Below, one piece after another: positions 18,927 through 28,680 of a stretch of 64,000 bases of DNA; the stretch's first letter is position 1, and each line of letters opens with the position of its first letter. The DNA comes from Desulfosudaceae bacterium (GTDB taxonomy: Bacteria > Desulfobacterota > Desulfobacteria > Desulfobacterales > Desulfosudaceae). The stretch covers positions 64,001 through 128,000 of the forward strand of contig CAXXDV010000001.1 of the NCBI GenBank assembly GCA_963674745.2, written 5' to 3'. The notes beneath the pieces are model-generated. The model was not told where the DNA came from. It did not search any database and worked only from the letters and a program-made list of their open reading frames with translations. Both the position numbers and the translations under genes were made by a program.

Positions 18927-19727
18927 ATGTTTACCAGCGGCAAAGCGATACGGATGGAACGCATCATGAACAGAAACACCGGCAAAACGGTTATTGTTCC
19001 CATGGATCACGGTGTAACCGCCGGACCCATCGAAGGGCTGATTGATATGGGCCAGGCAGTTAATGCCGTGGCTGAAGGTGGCGCTGACGCGGTCATCGGT
19101 CACCTTGGTCTGCCCAAATTCGGACATCGAAGCTATGGCCGGGACGTGGGCCTGATTCTGCATCTTTCCGCGGCCAGCATGCTCTCCCCCCTGCCCAACA
19201 AGAAAGTACTCGTCAACACCGTGGAGAACGCTTTGCGCGTGGGGGCCGACGGGGTTTCCATCCACATCAATGTGGGCGATGAAAACGAAGCGGAAATGCT
19301 CAAAGATTTCGGTCGCGTCGTGGTCGACTGCATTCACTGGGGCATGCCCCTGATTGCCATGATGTATCCCCGGGGCCCTAAAATTGAAGACGAAAAAAAC
19401 GTCGAGCACGTCAAAATCGCCGCCCGCATCGGCGCGGAGATGGGCGCCGACTTTGTGAAAACCAATTATACCGGCGATCCAGAGTCCTTTGCCGAAGTGG
19501 TTGAAGGGTGCCCCGCGCCCGTTCTGATCGCCGGCGGCACCAAAGCCGGTGACCAGGAAATGTTCAACATCATTGAAGGTGCCATGAAAGCCGGTGCCAA
19601 GGGCCTGTCAATCGGCCGAAACGCTTTTCAGCATAAAAACCCGACCCTGTTTGTCAAAGCGGCCTGCGCTATTGTTCATGGCGGCAAGACCGCAGATGAA
19701 GCCATGGAAATACTTAAGAAGGGGTAA
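18927..19727 (+). CDS. DhnA-type class I aldolase (2-amino-3,7-dideoxy-D-threo-hept-6-ulosonate synthase-like)
   Basis: [29 protein letters not shown]chiff-base Lys, GRNAFQH. Confidence 0.9.
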   Translation: MFTSGKAIRMERIMNRNTGKTVIVPMDHGVTAGPIEGLIDMGQAVNAVAEGGADAVIGHLGLPKFGHRSYGRDVGLILHLSAASMLSPLPNKKVLVNTVENALRVGADGVSIHINVGDENEAEMLKDFGRVVVDCIHWGMPLIAMMYPRGPKIEDEKNVEHVKIAARIGAEMGADFVKTNYTGDPESFAEVVEGCPAPVLIAGGTKAGDQEMFNIIEGAMKAGAKGLSIGRNAFQHKNPTLFVKAACAIVHGGKTADEAMEILKKG

Positions 19728-19738
19728 AGGCGTGCTGT

Positions 19739-21583
19739 TCACTGTTCAAGTTCGGCAACCTGCCGGCCATATTCTTTTTCTTTGTCATCCAATTTCCGGG
19801 AACACGTATCCAGGTCTTCATACAACCGTTCGATTTCAGTCTGGACCTCACTGAATTCCCGGGACAAACGGGCGATGCGCTTGCCGTCTCCGGCTTCCGA
19901 GGCCTCAACCAGTTTCATGTTCAACTGACTGGATTGGGCTTCTCCGGCCGTGATCTTTTTTTCTATCTCCCCTATCTTTTTTTTAAGCGGCGTAATGTCC
20001 CGGGACTTTTGCGCCAGAATGTCGGCCCGGCGCTTGCGCATGTCCTTTTTATTGACCGTTTTTGTTTGGCCTGATTTAGACGGCTGGCTTTCACTTCCGT
20101 CGGTTTCGTCCTCCCAGCCGACGCGTTCCAGAAAATCCGTATAACCGCCTTCAAACAGACTGATGCCGTTGCTTTGGAATATCAGCAACCGGTTGGCCAG
20201 TGCGTGGAGAAACATTTCATTATGGGTAACGAGAATAACGGCGCCTTTGAAGCGTTGGATCGCATCCATAAACGCGTCACAAGAATCCATGTCAAGATGA
20301 TTGGTCGGCTCGTCCAGAAGCAGCAGATTGGCCGGGCTGGCCAGAATCTTTCCCAGAAGGACCCGGCTCTTTTCACCACCGGACAGGACACCGATCTTTT
20401 TTAAGGCATTGTCTTTTTCAAACATCATGGTGCCGCAAATATCCCTGGCCCGTTGCCGACCGCAGCCGGTACTCATCACTTCTTCCTCGATGGTCAGATT
20501 TTCGTTCAGGTGAATGGTATTGGTCTGAGCGTAATAGGCGATACGGGTATTGGAATGAAGCGACCTTTTCCCTTTATCCGGCTCAAGGTCACCGGCCAGA
20601 AGGCGCAACAGCGTGGTTTTGCCGCTGCCGTTCTTGCCAATGACACCAATGCGATCATGAGCGTTTACCGCCAGGCTCAAATCCTTGACGAGGGTCCGTT
20701 CCGGCTGATAACCGAAACAGATGCCTCCGGCCTGCAATGGATGTTTGGCTGAAAAAGGGGCATAAGAAAACGAAAAATCCAGGGATTTGGACGCCTCCAG
20801 CTGCTCGGCCTGGGCCTGCTTTTCCAGCGTCTTGATGCGGGACTGAACCATACCGGCCAGCCGGGCCTTGGCCCTGAAACGCTGAATAAAAATCTCGGTT
20901 TCCTTGCGTTTTTTTTCCTCGTTTAAACGGGTCTTCTCGTAAACCTCTTCTTCGGCCTGAATCTGGCTGTAATATTTTTGCGTGTTGCCGGCGATCTTAC
21001 GGGTCTTTTTTCGATGAATGCCAAGCGTATGGGTTATCACCTGATCCATGAACGAACGGTCATGGGTAATCAGAAGCAGTTCACCCGGCCACTGCCGCAA
21101 GTAAACCGATAACCAGCGAATGGAAACCACGTCCAGGTAGTTGGTCGGTTCGTCGAGAAGCAGCAGATTCGGTTCGGAAAGAATGGCTTTGGCCAGGTTC
21201 AGCCGGACCTGGTAGCCACCGGAGAATTCGGTCGGTGACCGGTCCATGTCACTTTTCGTAAACCCCAGCCCGGCCAGGACCTTTTCCACCAGCCAGGTAT
21301 CATGCCGGTGATATTCCACCAGACCGAGCGCCCCCTCATCAATCACCCGGTCACGGGTAAAGTTGAGGTGCTGGGTCACATAACCCACTCGATATCCCCG
21401 GGAGATGGATATCGTTCCCTGGTCATAAGCTTCTTCACCGGTAATCATGCGCAGCAGTGTGGTCTTGCCGTGACCGTTGCGGCCGACCAGCCCCACCCGC
21501 TCACCGGTATTTATATCAAAACTGATATCATCCAGCAGACAATCCGACCCGAAATATTTGGAGACATTTATCGCTTTTATCAT
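19739..21583 (-). CDS. ABC-F family ATPase
   Basis: Two ABC domains (GRNGHGKT/FSGG/LLLDEPTN and GKNGSGKT/LSGGE), no TM segments, C-terminal coiled coil. Confidence 0.95.
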   Translation of the reverse strand: MIKAINVSKYFGSDCLLDDISFDINTGERVGLVGRNGHGKTTLLRMITGEEAYDQGTISISRGYRVGYVTQHLNFTRDRVIDEGALGLVEYHRHDTWLVEKVLAGLGFTKSDMDRSPTEFSGGYQVRLNLAKAILSEPNLLLLDEPTNYLDVVSIRWLSVYLRQWPGELLLITHDRSFMDQVITHTLGIHRKKTRKIAGNTQKYYSQIQAEEEVYEKTRLNEEKKRKETEIFIQRFRAKARLAGMVQSRIKTLEKQAQAEQLEASKSLDFSFSYAPFSAKHPLQAGGICFGYQPERTLVKDLSLAVNAHDRIGVIGKNGSGKTTLLRLLAGDLEPDKGKRSLHSNTRIAYYAQTNTIHLNENLTIEEEVMSTGCGRQRARDICGTMMFEKDNALKKIGVLSGGEKSRVLLGKILASPANLLLLDEPTNHLDMDSCDAFMDAIQRFKGAVILVTHNEMFLHALANRLLIFQSNGISLFEGGYTDFLERVGWEDETDGSESQPSKSGQTKTVNKKDMRKRRADILAQKSRDITPLKKKIGEIEKKITAGEAQSSQLNMKLVEASEAGDGKRIARLSREFSEVQTEIERLYEDLDTCSRKLDDKEKEYGRQVAELEQ

Positions 21584-21621
21584 GTATTCTAAATCAACCT
21601 TCTTATATCATTCGGTAATTG

Positions 21622-22548
21622 TCAGGTTGTGCCATTGTTGAACAGGCCCGTCTTAGCGGAGACGGAGGCTTTTGCCGAAATTCGAAAGGCGCTGCAGGCC
21701 GGCGATTCCGTCCGACCTTTTCGACCGATGAGATAGAACTGTCGCGTCAGACGAACGCCCTTTATGGCCACTGATTTGACCAGCCCGGCAGATTCGGCTT
21801 CCCTGACCGCCAGGCGGGAAACAATGGAAATACCAACCTGGTGCTTTACGCCCTGGATAACCGCCTGGGTGCTGCCCAGTTCCGCCACGATATTCATTCC
21901 CCGGCTGCTCAAACCGGCTTCGGACAGTTTTTCCTCGATGGCCATCAGGGTGCCGGAGCCACGTTCACGAATGATAAACGGCTCTTTGGCCAGATCCTGT
22001 AAATCAATTTGACGGCGGCCGGCCCATTGATGGCCGTTGGGCAGAATTACCCGCAACTCGTCGTTCATAAGTTTCGTCTGAACAAGCCGTTTATCCTTGT
22101 TTCTGGCACCGACAACACCCAGTTCCAAGTTGCCCGCCAGCACCTCTCCTGTGATCTGCTGGGTGTCACCGGCTTTAAGCGAAACATAAACATCCGGATA
22201 TTCCTTAATAAAATGTCCGATCACGGCCGGCAGCAGATACCCGGCCGGAATCGTGCTCCCGCCGATGACCAGTTTACCCCGGACAACACCCTGGGTGGCC
22301 GCCAGGGCCGCTTCTGTTTCCTCATATACCGCCAGCAATCGGCCGGCATACTGATAAAGCAGCTCGCCGGCCCGGGTGGGAACCACTTTTTTTTCAAACC
22401 GGTCCAGCAACTGACAGCCGTAATGCGCTTCCACGTCCTTGATATGGCTGCTAACGGTCGGCTGGGAAAGGTGAATCTGCCGGGCCGCCCTGGAAAAGCT
22501 GCCCTGCTCGACAACCGCCCGGAATACTTTTAATCGCCATAAATCCAT
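21622..22548 (-). CDS. LysR-family regulator (CysL-like / selenium-metabolism-associated type)
   Basis: SFSRAA..IHLSQPTVS, GGSTIPAGYLLP, RERGSGT, ELGSTQAV. Confidence 0.92.
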   Translation of the reverse strand: MDLWRLKVFRAVVEQGSFSRAARQIHLSQPTVSSHIKDVEAHYGCQLLDRFEKKVVPTRAGELLYQYAGRLLAVYEETEAALAATQGVVRGKLVIGGSTIPAGYLLPAVIGHFIKEYPDVYVSLKAGDTQQITGEVLAGNLELGVVGARNKDKRLVQTKLMNDELRVILPNGHQWAGRRQIDLQDLAKEPFIIRERGSGTLMAIEEKLSEAGLSSRGMNIVAELGSTQAVIQGVKHQVGISIVSRLAVREAESAGLVKSVAIKGVRLTRQFYLIGRKGRTESPACSAFRISAKASVSAKTGLFNNGTT

Positions 22549-22627
22549 TATTCGTCTCTTTTCTTTTCACCTACGGCACCTGATATCTCCTTTTATTCCA
22601 TTATGATGGAAAAATAAAACAAAAAAA

Positions 22628-22685
22628 GGGTTCAAGGGGGTGTTGTCGTTCACTTGGCCCCTTGACTCCTCGAATCCTTGAACCC
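22628..22685. repeat. octamer inverted-arm repeat, family B
   Basis: GGGTTCAAGGGG ... TTGTCGTTCAC TTGGCCCC TTGACTCC TCGAATCC TTGAACCC. Confidence 0.78.
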
Positions 22686-22761
22686 TTTTAATGCCAATCG
22701 ATCGAAGGAAACACAATTCAATTCGTTTCTGCAACAAATTTGAGAACGGCCGAAAAAACAC

Positions 22762-22812
22762 TTGACACCGACTACTTTGTGATACATATTGTATACAAAT
22801 GTATCACAAAGT
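22762..22812 (+). promoter_or_regulatory. promoter overlapped by a 39-bp palindromic operator
   Basis: TTGACA at 22762; ACTTTGTGATACAT-A-TTGTATACAA-ATGTATCACAAAGT at 22774-22812, directly before RBS AAGGAGG. Confidence 0.8.
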
Positions 22813-22824
22813 AAGGAGGGCGTC

Positions 22825-23277
22825 ATGACCGAAGACAGAAAAAAAGAAAAGGTTCTTCACACCCGCATTACCCCTGATCTGGAAAAACAGATCAGGGAGG
22901 AAGCCAGCACACTGGGCATTTCAGTTTCCAACCTGGTGCGCAACATCCTCTCCAACACCTTTGACCTGGTCGAAAATATCGTTTCCGACAGCGCTGAGAT
23001 CACACGTTCCGCGCGCAAACGGTCGGCCCAGGCAAGCGCCGGAAAACAGTCCTATTCGACCGCTGAACCCGCGCCCGCATCCCAACAGCTGACAATTCTG
23101 GGATGGCAGGAAGCCATTTTAAATCTCAATGCGGTCTGCGATCAGTGCAACGAAATCCTGAAAAAGGGAGGCCGGGCGGCCATCGGAATAGTTGAAGGCA
23201 GCGGTCGACGCCCGACAATCTGCTTAACCTGTCTCAAGGAGATAACCCATGAAAACGAAATCACTGACAATGAATAA
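22825..23277 (+). CDS. putative ribbon-helix-helix DNA-binding protein with C-terminal CxxC..CxxC
   Basis: VLHTRITPDLEKQIREEASTLGISVSNLVRNIL (beta-helix-G.S.S-helix); CDQC and CLTC; ATG 22825 after RBS. Confidence 0.7.
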   Translation: MTEDRKKEKVLHTRITPDLEKQIREEASTLGISVSNLVRNILSNTFDLVENIVSDSAEITRSARKRSAQASAGKQSYSTAEPAPASQQLTILGWQEAILNLNAVCDQCNEILKKGGRAAIGIVEGSGRRPTICLTCLKEITHENEITDNE

Positions 23278-24826
23278 CCATTTTGAACGACCGTATGCTT
23301 TCTCATCTCCCGGGTGCGACATGTTCAACCAGACGGGACGAATGGCGGGCCGATCATTCTCCCTGGCGTTGAACATCCTGGGTAACACGGAAAAACTTGT
23401 CAGCGATATCGTCCGCGACTCTTTTGTCGTTGCCGACGAGGTTGAGGCCCTGATTACCAGCGCATGGGGCCGGGCGGCAACCCTCAACACAGCCATCCAT
23501 GCGACACCGCGCTTCACCCGCGTATTCAGCGAACTGATCCGGATCATTGCCAGCTATCGAATTCATGCGGTAAAAGCCCGCTTTTCCCCCCCGGCCCGGG
23601 CGGAACGTTCGCTTGAAAAGCTTCACCAGCGAAACGCGGCCAGAATTTACGACCTGTGCGTGGAGATGCGCGGCGGCCTGATCAAAATCGGCCAGTTTGC
23701 CTCCACCTACATGAACGTCCTGCCACCGGCTTACAGCCAATATCTGTCCCTGCTTCAGGACAGGGTGCCACCCGTTCCCTTCGAAGCCATTATCCATCGC
23801 ATCGAATCTGAATTTAATCGACCGGCAGACCAAGTCTTCGCATGGATCGATCCCGAGCCGGTCGCAGCGGCTTCCCTGGCTCAGGTCCACCGTGCCCAAT
23901 TGCCTGACGGCACAAACGTGGTCATAAAGGTCCAGATGCCGGCCATCGAGCACACGGCCGAAATCGATCTGGCGGCCTTTAAAACAGCTGCAGACATGAT
24001 GAACCATTTTTTTCCCGCCCTGGGGCTGCCTGAAATCAGCAGGGCACTGACCGACTCGGTACGAAAAGAGCTTAACTACCAGGAAGAGCTGGCCAATATC
24101 CACTATTTCAAAAGGCATATCAATTCTGACCCGCGCGTTGTCGTGCCGAAAGTCTATCCCGAAGCCTCTACCCCGCGTGTCCTGACCATGGAAAGACTGG
24201 AAGGCGAAAGGCTGAGCCCTTTTCTGGAAACCGCCTCACCAGAGCGCCGCAACCGCCTGCTGACAGTGCTTGCGGAAAGCTTCTGCAGCCAGATTGTCGG
24301 CCACGGTTTCTTCCACGCCGACCCTCATCCGGGGAATATTTTCGTGCTGTCAGACGATCGGCTGGGGCTGATCGATTTCGGCTGCGTTGAATGTTTTTCG
24401 CCTGAAATCCACGCCTTGTATACAGAAATGATAGCGGCCATTCTGACCGGCAACGCCGTTAAAACAGCACGGCTTTTCGCAGACATGGGGTTCACCGGCG
24501 AAGCCGATACCAACGACTCACTCCATGAAATGGCAACGGATTTTATTGAACTTTTGATGCTTCAACCCGGGCAAAGCCTGGCAGATGTTGACCAGGCGCA
24601 AAAACTTGCCACAGGGCTGGAACTGATCCAAAAGTACCCCTCCATCCGGGTGCCCCGGCATTTTGTCCTTCTGGGACGTGTCCTGCTCACCCTGGGGGGC
24701 ATTATGATGAGCTATAACCCGGACATCAACGTTTTCCTGCTGATGTTCAACCAGATGAGCCGAAACCGACACGAGAAGAAGGACGCCGTAATGCAGGGAC
24801 ACGGCGTGCCGTGCCCAATAGGGTGA
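23249..24826 (+). CDS. ABC1/UbiB (AarF) atypical kinase
   Basis: IKIGQ, LQDRVPP, AAASLAQVHRA, VVIKVQ, FFHADPHPGN, IDFG. Confidence 0.95.
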   Translation: MKTKSLTMNNHFERPYAFSSPGCDMFNQTGRMAGRSFSLALNILGNTEKLVSDIVRDSFVVADEVEALITSAWGRAATLNTAIHATPRFTRVFSELIRIIASYRIHAVKARFSPPARAERSLEKLHQRNAARIYDLCVEMRGGLIKIGQFASTYMNVLPPAYSQYLSLLQDRVPPVPFEAIIHRIESEFNRPADQVFAWIDPEPVAAASLAQVHRAQLPDGTNVVIKVQMPAIEHTAEIDLAAFKTAADMMNHFFPALGLPEISRALTDSVRKELNYQEELANIHYFKRHINSDPRVVVPKVYPEASTPRVLTMERLEGERLSPFLETASPERRNRLLTVLAESFCSQIVGHGFFHADPHPGNIFVLSDDRLGLIDFGCVECFSPEIHALYTEMIAAILTGNAVKTARLFADMGFTGEADTNDSLHEMATDFIELLMLQPGQSLADVDQAQKLATGLELIQKYPSIRVPRHFVLLGRVLLTLGGIMMSYNPDINVFLLMFNQMSRNRHEKKDAVMQGHGVPCPIG

Positions 24827-24971
24827 GGCCGTCAGGCTTGAACATCGAACACTGAACATTTATTCTAAAAAAAGTTGGCGCTTTTTGGGGGTGGGCGTGG
24901 AGGGCGCAGCAAGCGGCCTGCGACACAACAGAAGCGTTCGAGAGGACTTGACCGAAGGGTGAGACCTCGGG

Positions 24972-25979
24972 CTATACGCACTGCCTGGCACAGATGATAC
25001 TATCCACGTCACCCATAACGACCAGCACCATTCCAGGCTGAATCATTTCTGTCGGTGAGGGATTAAATTCCAATTCGCCGGTTTTGTCCCGCAGCCCCAG
25101 TACCAGCAGGCCGTATTTGTCCTTTAAACCGGATTCCGCCAGCGTTCGGCCAATCATTTCGGAGTCTTCGGTAATCGGAAGTTCATGAATTCGAAGACAT
25201 CGCTCTTCAGACCGTAACATTTGGTCGAGAAAATCAACCGCCACCGGTCGGATCATAACCGAAGCCATTCTCAAGGCACCGATAAAATTGGGCGAAACAA
25301 CGCTGTCGGCACCGGCTTTTATCAATTTGGGCTCGAGCATGGGATTGGCAACCCGGCTGATAATACGAAGGCTCGGGTTCAACATTCTGGCGGACATGGT
25401 CACATAAAGGGCATCCTTGTCGGAAGGAAGCGTGATCAGCAGCCCACGGGCTTTTTCAATGCCGGCGGCAACCAGATTGTCATCGTCTGTGGCGTCCCCC
25501 TTGATATACAACAGGTTATTGATGCTCTTGCAGATTTCAATCTTATTTTCATCCAGCTCTACCAGCACCACGGTATCCCCGTTTTTAACCAGTTCCATCA
25601 ACAGCGGGAACCCGGTTTCTCCGCCGCCACAGACGATATAATGGTTTCTCAGCTTTTCGATCTTCTTTTTCATTTTTTCACCCCTCAACAATCCGGACAC
25701 TTCTCCCTCAATAAACAAGGCAGCCAGGGCGCTGATGCCATAAAGGATCACCCCCAGCCCCACGGTAATCAGCAGCATGGTAAATACCTGGGCCGAGATA
25801 TTGCCGTGGATGGGAATAATTTCACCATACCCTACACTGGTCAGGGAAATAATGGTCATGTACAGGCAATCGATGAATTTCTGACTACCACCGAAAAGGA
25901 GGTAATACCCGATGCTGCCAAGCAGCACGACCAGCACAATGGTAACTAACAGGGAGTAAAATCGCCGCTTTAAATCCAT
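24972..25979 (-). CDS. 2TM potassium channel with RCK (TrkA-N/TrkA-C) domains
   Basis: Pore motif TSVGYG, IVCGGGETG, GDATDD, AGADSVVSP. Confidence 0.93.
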   Translation of the reverse strand: MDLKRRFYSLLVTIVLVVLLGSIGYYLLFGGSQKFIDCLYMTIISLTSVGYGEIIPIHGNISAQVFTMLLITVGLGVILYGISALAALFIEGEVSGLLRGEKMKKKIEKLRNHYIVCGGGETGFPLLMELVKNGDTVVLVELDENKIEICKSINNLLYIKGDATDDDNLVAAGIEKARGLLITLPSDKDALYVTMSARMLNPSLRIISRVANPMLEPKLIKAGADSVVSPNFIGALRMASVMIRPVAVDFLDQMLRSEERCLRIHELPITEDSEMIGRTLAESGLKDKYGLLVLGLRDKTGELEFNPSPTEMIQPGMVLVVMGDVDSIICARQCV

Positions 25980-26160
25980 AATCCGTTCGCCGTCAGGCTT
26001 TTAAAAAATAATCATCGTTGCTGCTGAATTATAATATTGTAGTATATCAAGCGGCTTACAGGTGTAAAGCGTTTTTATCATTACGACGATAAAAGGTGCC
26101 CCCCTCCTTTTTCTGCCCGGGTTAAATCAGTAAAAGCTTAATAGTGATAGCCATTACCAC

Positions 26161-26188
26161 TTGACAGAATGCGTCCGAATCGTATATT
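26161..26188 (+). promoter_or_regulatory. probable sigma70 promoter
   Basis: TTGACA (26161-26166), 16 nt, TATATT. Confidence 0.5.
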
Positions 26189-26237
26189 TTTTATGTTTAA
26201 AAGACGTTATCTTAAACCCATCAATTTGGAGCCCCCA

Positions 26238-26816
26238 ATGAAATTATCATCTTTATTCTGTGTGAGCTTGACGGTAATTTTCCTTCTTGGAGTTCAGTGT
26301 TCTGTTTCAGCTGAAGTATACAAGTATACGGACGCCAATGGTGAAACCCATTATACCAATGACCCGGCAAGCGTTCCCCGACAATTCCGGGATGACACCG
26401 ATGTGGACGGAGAAATCGAAAGTTACTCATATTCGGATGAAAACTATAATTCGGATGTAGCCGATGATGAAGAAGCCGATTTAGAAGAATCCGGAGACGT
26501 GGAACAGCGCCAGAGAAACAGCGGCCAAACAGCTGACCTGCAGGCCCGGCAGGAGGCTTTCGACAAAGAGTTTAAAGCGCTTGAGGAGGAGAGGGCTTTA
26601 CTGGACAAGGCCATGCGTAATGCGGACGGCCGGGATGAACTCGAGGAAGTAAACGCCAAAACCCAGGAATTTAACAACCGATACAAGGACTTTCACATGA
26701 GACGCAAGGCGTTCAAGACGGAAGTCAAAGAACACAACGAGCAGGTCCGCCAGGACATGGAAAAAAGGCTGAAAGAATATAAGGACGGAGAAACATCACA
26801 GGACGACGAACAATAA
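26238..26816 (+). CDS. DUF4124 domain exported protein with coiled coil
   Basis: Signal peptide then VYKYTDANGETHYTNDP; ATG 26238 after GGAG. Confidence 0.82.
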   Translation: MKLSSLFCVSLTVIFLLGVQCSVSAEVYKYTDANGETHYTNDPASVPRQFRDDTDVDGEIESYSYSDENYNSDVADDEEADLEESGDVEQRQRNSGQTADLQARQEAFDKEFKALEEERALLDKAMRNADGRDELEEVNAKTQEFNNRYKDFHMRRKAFKTEVKEHNEQVRQDMEKRLKEYKDGETSQDDEQ

Positions 26817-26855
26817 TCGATTAATCGTTAATCAACTTATTTCGGAGGTGCTGTC

Positions 26856-28145
26856 ATGCAGGACGATAAATATATTGAGGGTTTTACCAAAGCACTGGCC
26901 ATCGGCCGTCCGCCCAACATCCTTTCTCTGTTCCCCAATTCGAAAGCCCTGATCGTTAGCGGTAAGTTTGTCAATCGTGCCGTGGCCGCTAAACCCGGCG
27001 CCGTTACCATGGCCGCCAACGGGCGGAACTCCTTTATCATCAAAGGCGCCCTCCGCGCCGCCCAGAAAGCCAATGCCGCCATCATCATTGAAATTGCCAA
27101 GTCCGAAGGCGGCAAAAATGCTTACTGTGCGGTCAACTACTGGAATATCGCCCGACAGGTGGATGCCTTCTGCAACCAGTTACGAATCACGGTGCCGGTG
27201 GCCATCCATGCCGATCACTACGGCATAAAAAAAGCGGCAGATGTCGAAGAAGCCAAAATCGAAATCCCCACCCTGTTTGATGCCGGCATCACCTCCATTG
27301 CCGTTGACGCCTCTCACCTGCCGGATGATCAAAACCTACTGGCCAACATCGAATTAAATGACTATATCCCTGAATGGGCTGGTCTGGAAACGGAAGTGGG
27401 TGAAATCAAGGGTAAGGAAGGTATGTCAACGGCCGAAGAAGCCCTGTTCCAAATTCAGGGGCTGAACGCCCACGGCATTTTTCCCGACTGGATCGCCCTC
27501 AACAACGGCACCACCCACGGCATTGAAGCCAGTGACGCGGGCATCCAGGTTGAACTGACCAGCCGCATTCACAAAGCCATTGAACCTTACAACGTCAACG
27601 GCGCCCAGCACGGAACCTCGGGGAATAGCTCTGAAAGGCTCCGGCGTATCGCGGCGGAAACCAACACCACCAAGGCCAATGTCGCCACCGCCCTGCAGAT
27701 GATTTCCTGGGGATTGAAAGTCAATGATTACGGTAATGCCTTCCTGGATGATGACAAAAATTTTATCAAACAACCGGCCAAGGGCGTCACCGATGAAGTG
27801 TGGGCCCAAATGCGCGAGTACGCCCAGGGCAAGGGATTAAAAGCCGGCGACTACAAAAAGCTGAACCTGCCTTTTGACAATATTCTGCACGCGCAGCCGG
27901 CCGATATCCGGGAAAGAATGGTCAAAGACGTTGAAGATTTTATCTACAACATGCTGGCCGACGTGTTCAACGCCACCGACACGGCTCCCCTGACCATTGA
28001 CGCCATTCTGGCGGCCGGCTCTCATGATGCCGGCGCTAATGCTGAAAGGATCGAGAATCCCGACGACTGGACCCGGGAAAAAATCATCGAGCGCGCCGCC
28101 GGAATTCAGTCCGACAAAGGGCCGGAAGGCGATTTTGACGATTAA
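26856..28145 (+). CDS. class II fructose-bisphosphate aldolase
   Basis: IHADHY, VDASH, ETEVGEI, NGTTHG, AQHGTSG, KANVAT. Confidence 0.9.
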   Translation: MQDDKYIEGFTKALAIGRPPNILSLFPNSKALIVSGKFVNRAVAAKPGAVTMAANGRNSFIIKGALRAAQKANAAIIIEIAKSEGGKNAYCAVNYWNIARQVDAFCNQLRITVPVAIHADHYGIKKAADVEEAKIEIPTLFDAGITSIAVDASHLPDDQNLLANIELNDYIPEWAGLETEVGEIKGKEGMSTAEEALFQIQGLNAHGIFPDWIALNNGTTHGIEASDAGIQVELTSRIHKAIEPYNVNGAQHGTSGNSSERLRRIAAETNTTKANVATALQMISWGLKVNDYGNAFLDDDKNFIKQPAKGVTDEVWAQMREYAQGKGLKAGDYKKLNLPFDNILHAQPADIRERMVKDVEDFIYNMLADVFNATDTAPLTIDAILAAGSHDAGANAERIENPDDWTREKIIERAAGIQSDKGPEGDFDD

Positions 28146-28680
28146 TCACCCGGAGCAGAAAAAACAATTCTGCCATGTCTGCGGCAACCCGCTGACAGAA
28201 AAATACTGGGAAGGCAAAGTCAGACCGTTCTGCCGGCAGTGCCAGCTGCCGGTTTATGAAAATCCGGTTCCGGCATCGGCTATTGTCGTCACGGATAAAG
28301 AAATCAACCTGCTGCTGGTTAAACGAAACGTCGATCCCAAAAAAGGTTACTGGTCGCTTCCCGGCGGATTCATGGAACTGTTTGAGACCCCGGAAGACTC
28401 CGCCCTTCGGGAATTAAAAGAAGAAACCGGCTTGACAGGAGCCATCAAATCGCTGCTGGGCGTAAAGGCCAACAACAGCGACCGATACGGCACCGTTCTG
28501 ATTGTGGGGTACCTGGTCACCGACTATTCCGGGCATCTCACTCCCGGTGATGATGCCGAAGAAGTCGCTTTTTTTCACCCTGACCGCCTTCCGGAGATTG
28601 CCTTTTCCAGCCACGACCATTTTATCCGGACCGCCCTGAGTCAACTTGGCGGAATGCCAAACATCATTCCGGCCGTTTAA
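28135..28680 (+). CDS. NUDIX hydrolase with N-terminal zinc ribbon
   Basis: FCHVCG..CRQC; Nudix box [27 protein letters not shown] start at 28135 is inferred. Confidence 0.88.
   Translation: MTINHPEQKKQFCHVCGNPLTEKYWEGKVRPFCRQCQLPVYENPVPASAIVVTDKEINLLLVKRNVDPKKGYWSLPGGFMELFETPEDSALRELKEETGLTGAIKSLLGVKANNSDRYGTVLIVGYLVTDYSGHLTPGDDAEEVAFFHPDRLPEIAFSSHDHFIRTALSQLGGMPNIIPAV

Noticed and set aside
21622..22548. Selenium utilisation locus implied by the LysR subtype
   Set aside because: No selA/selB/selD, tRNA-Sec or convincing in-frame UGA gene seen nearby
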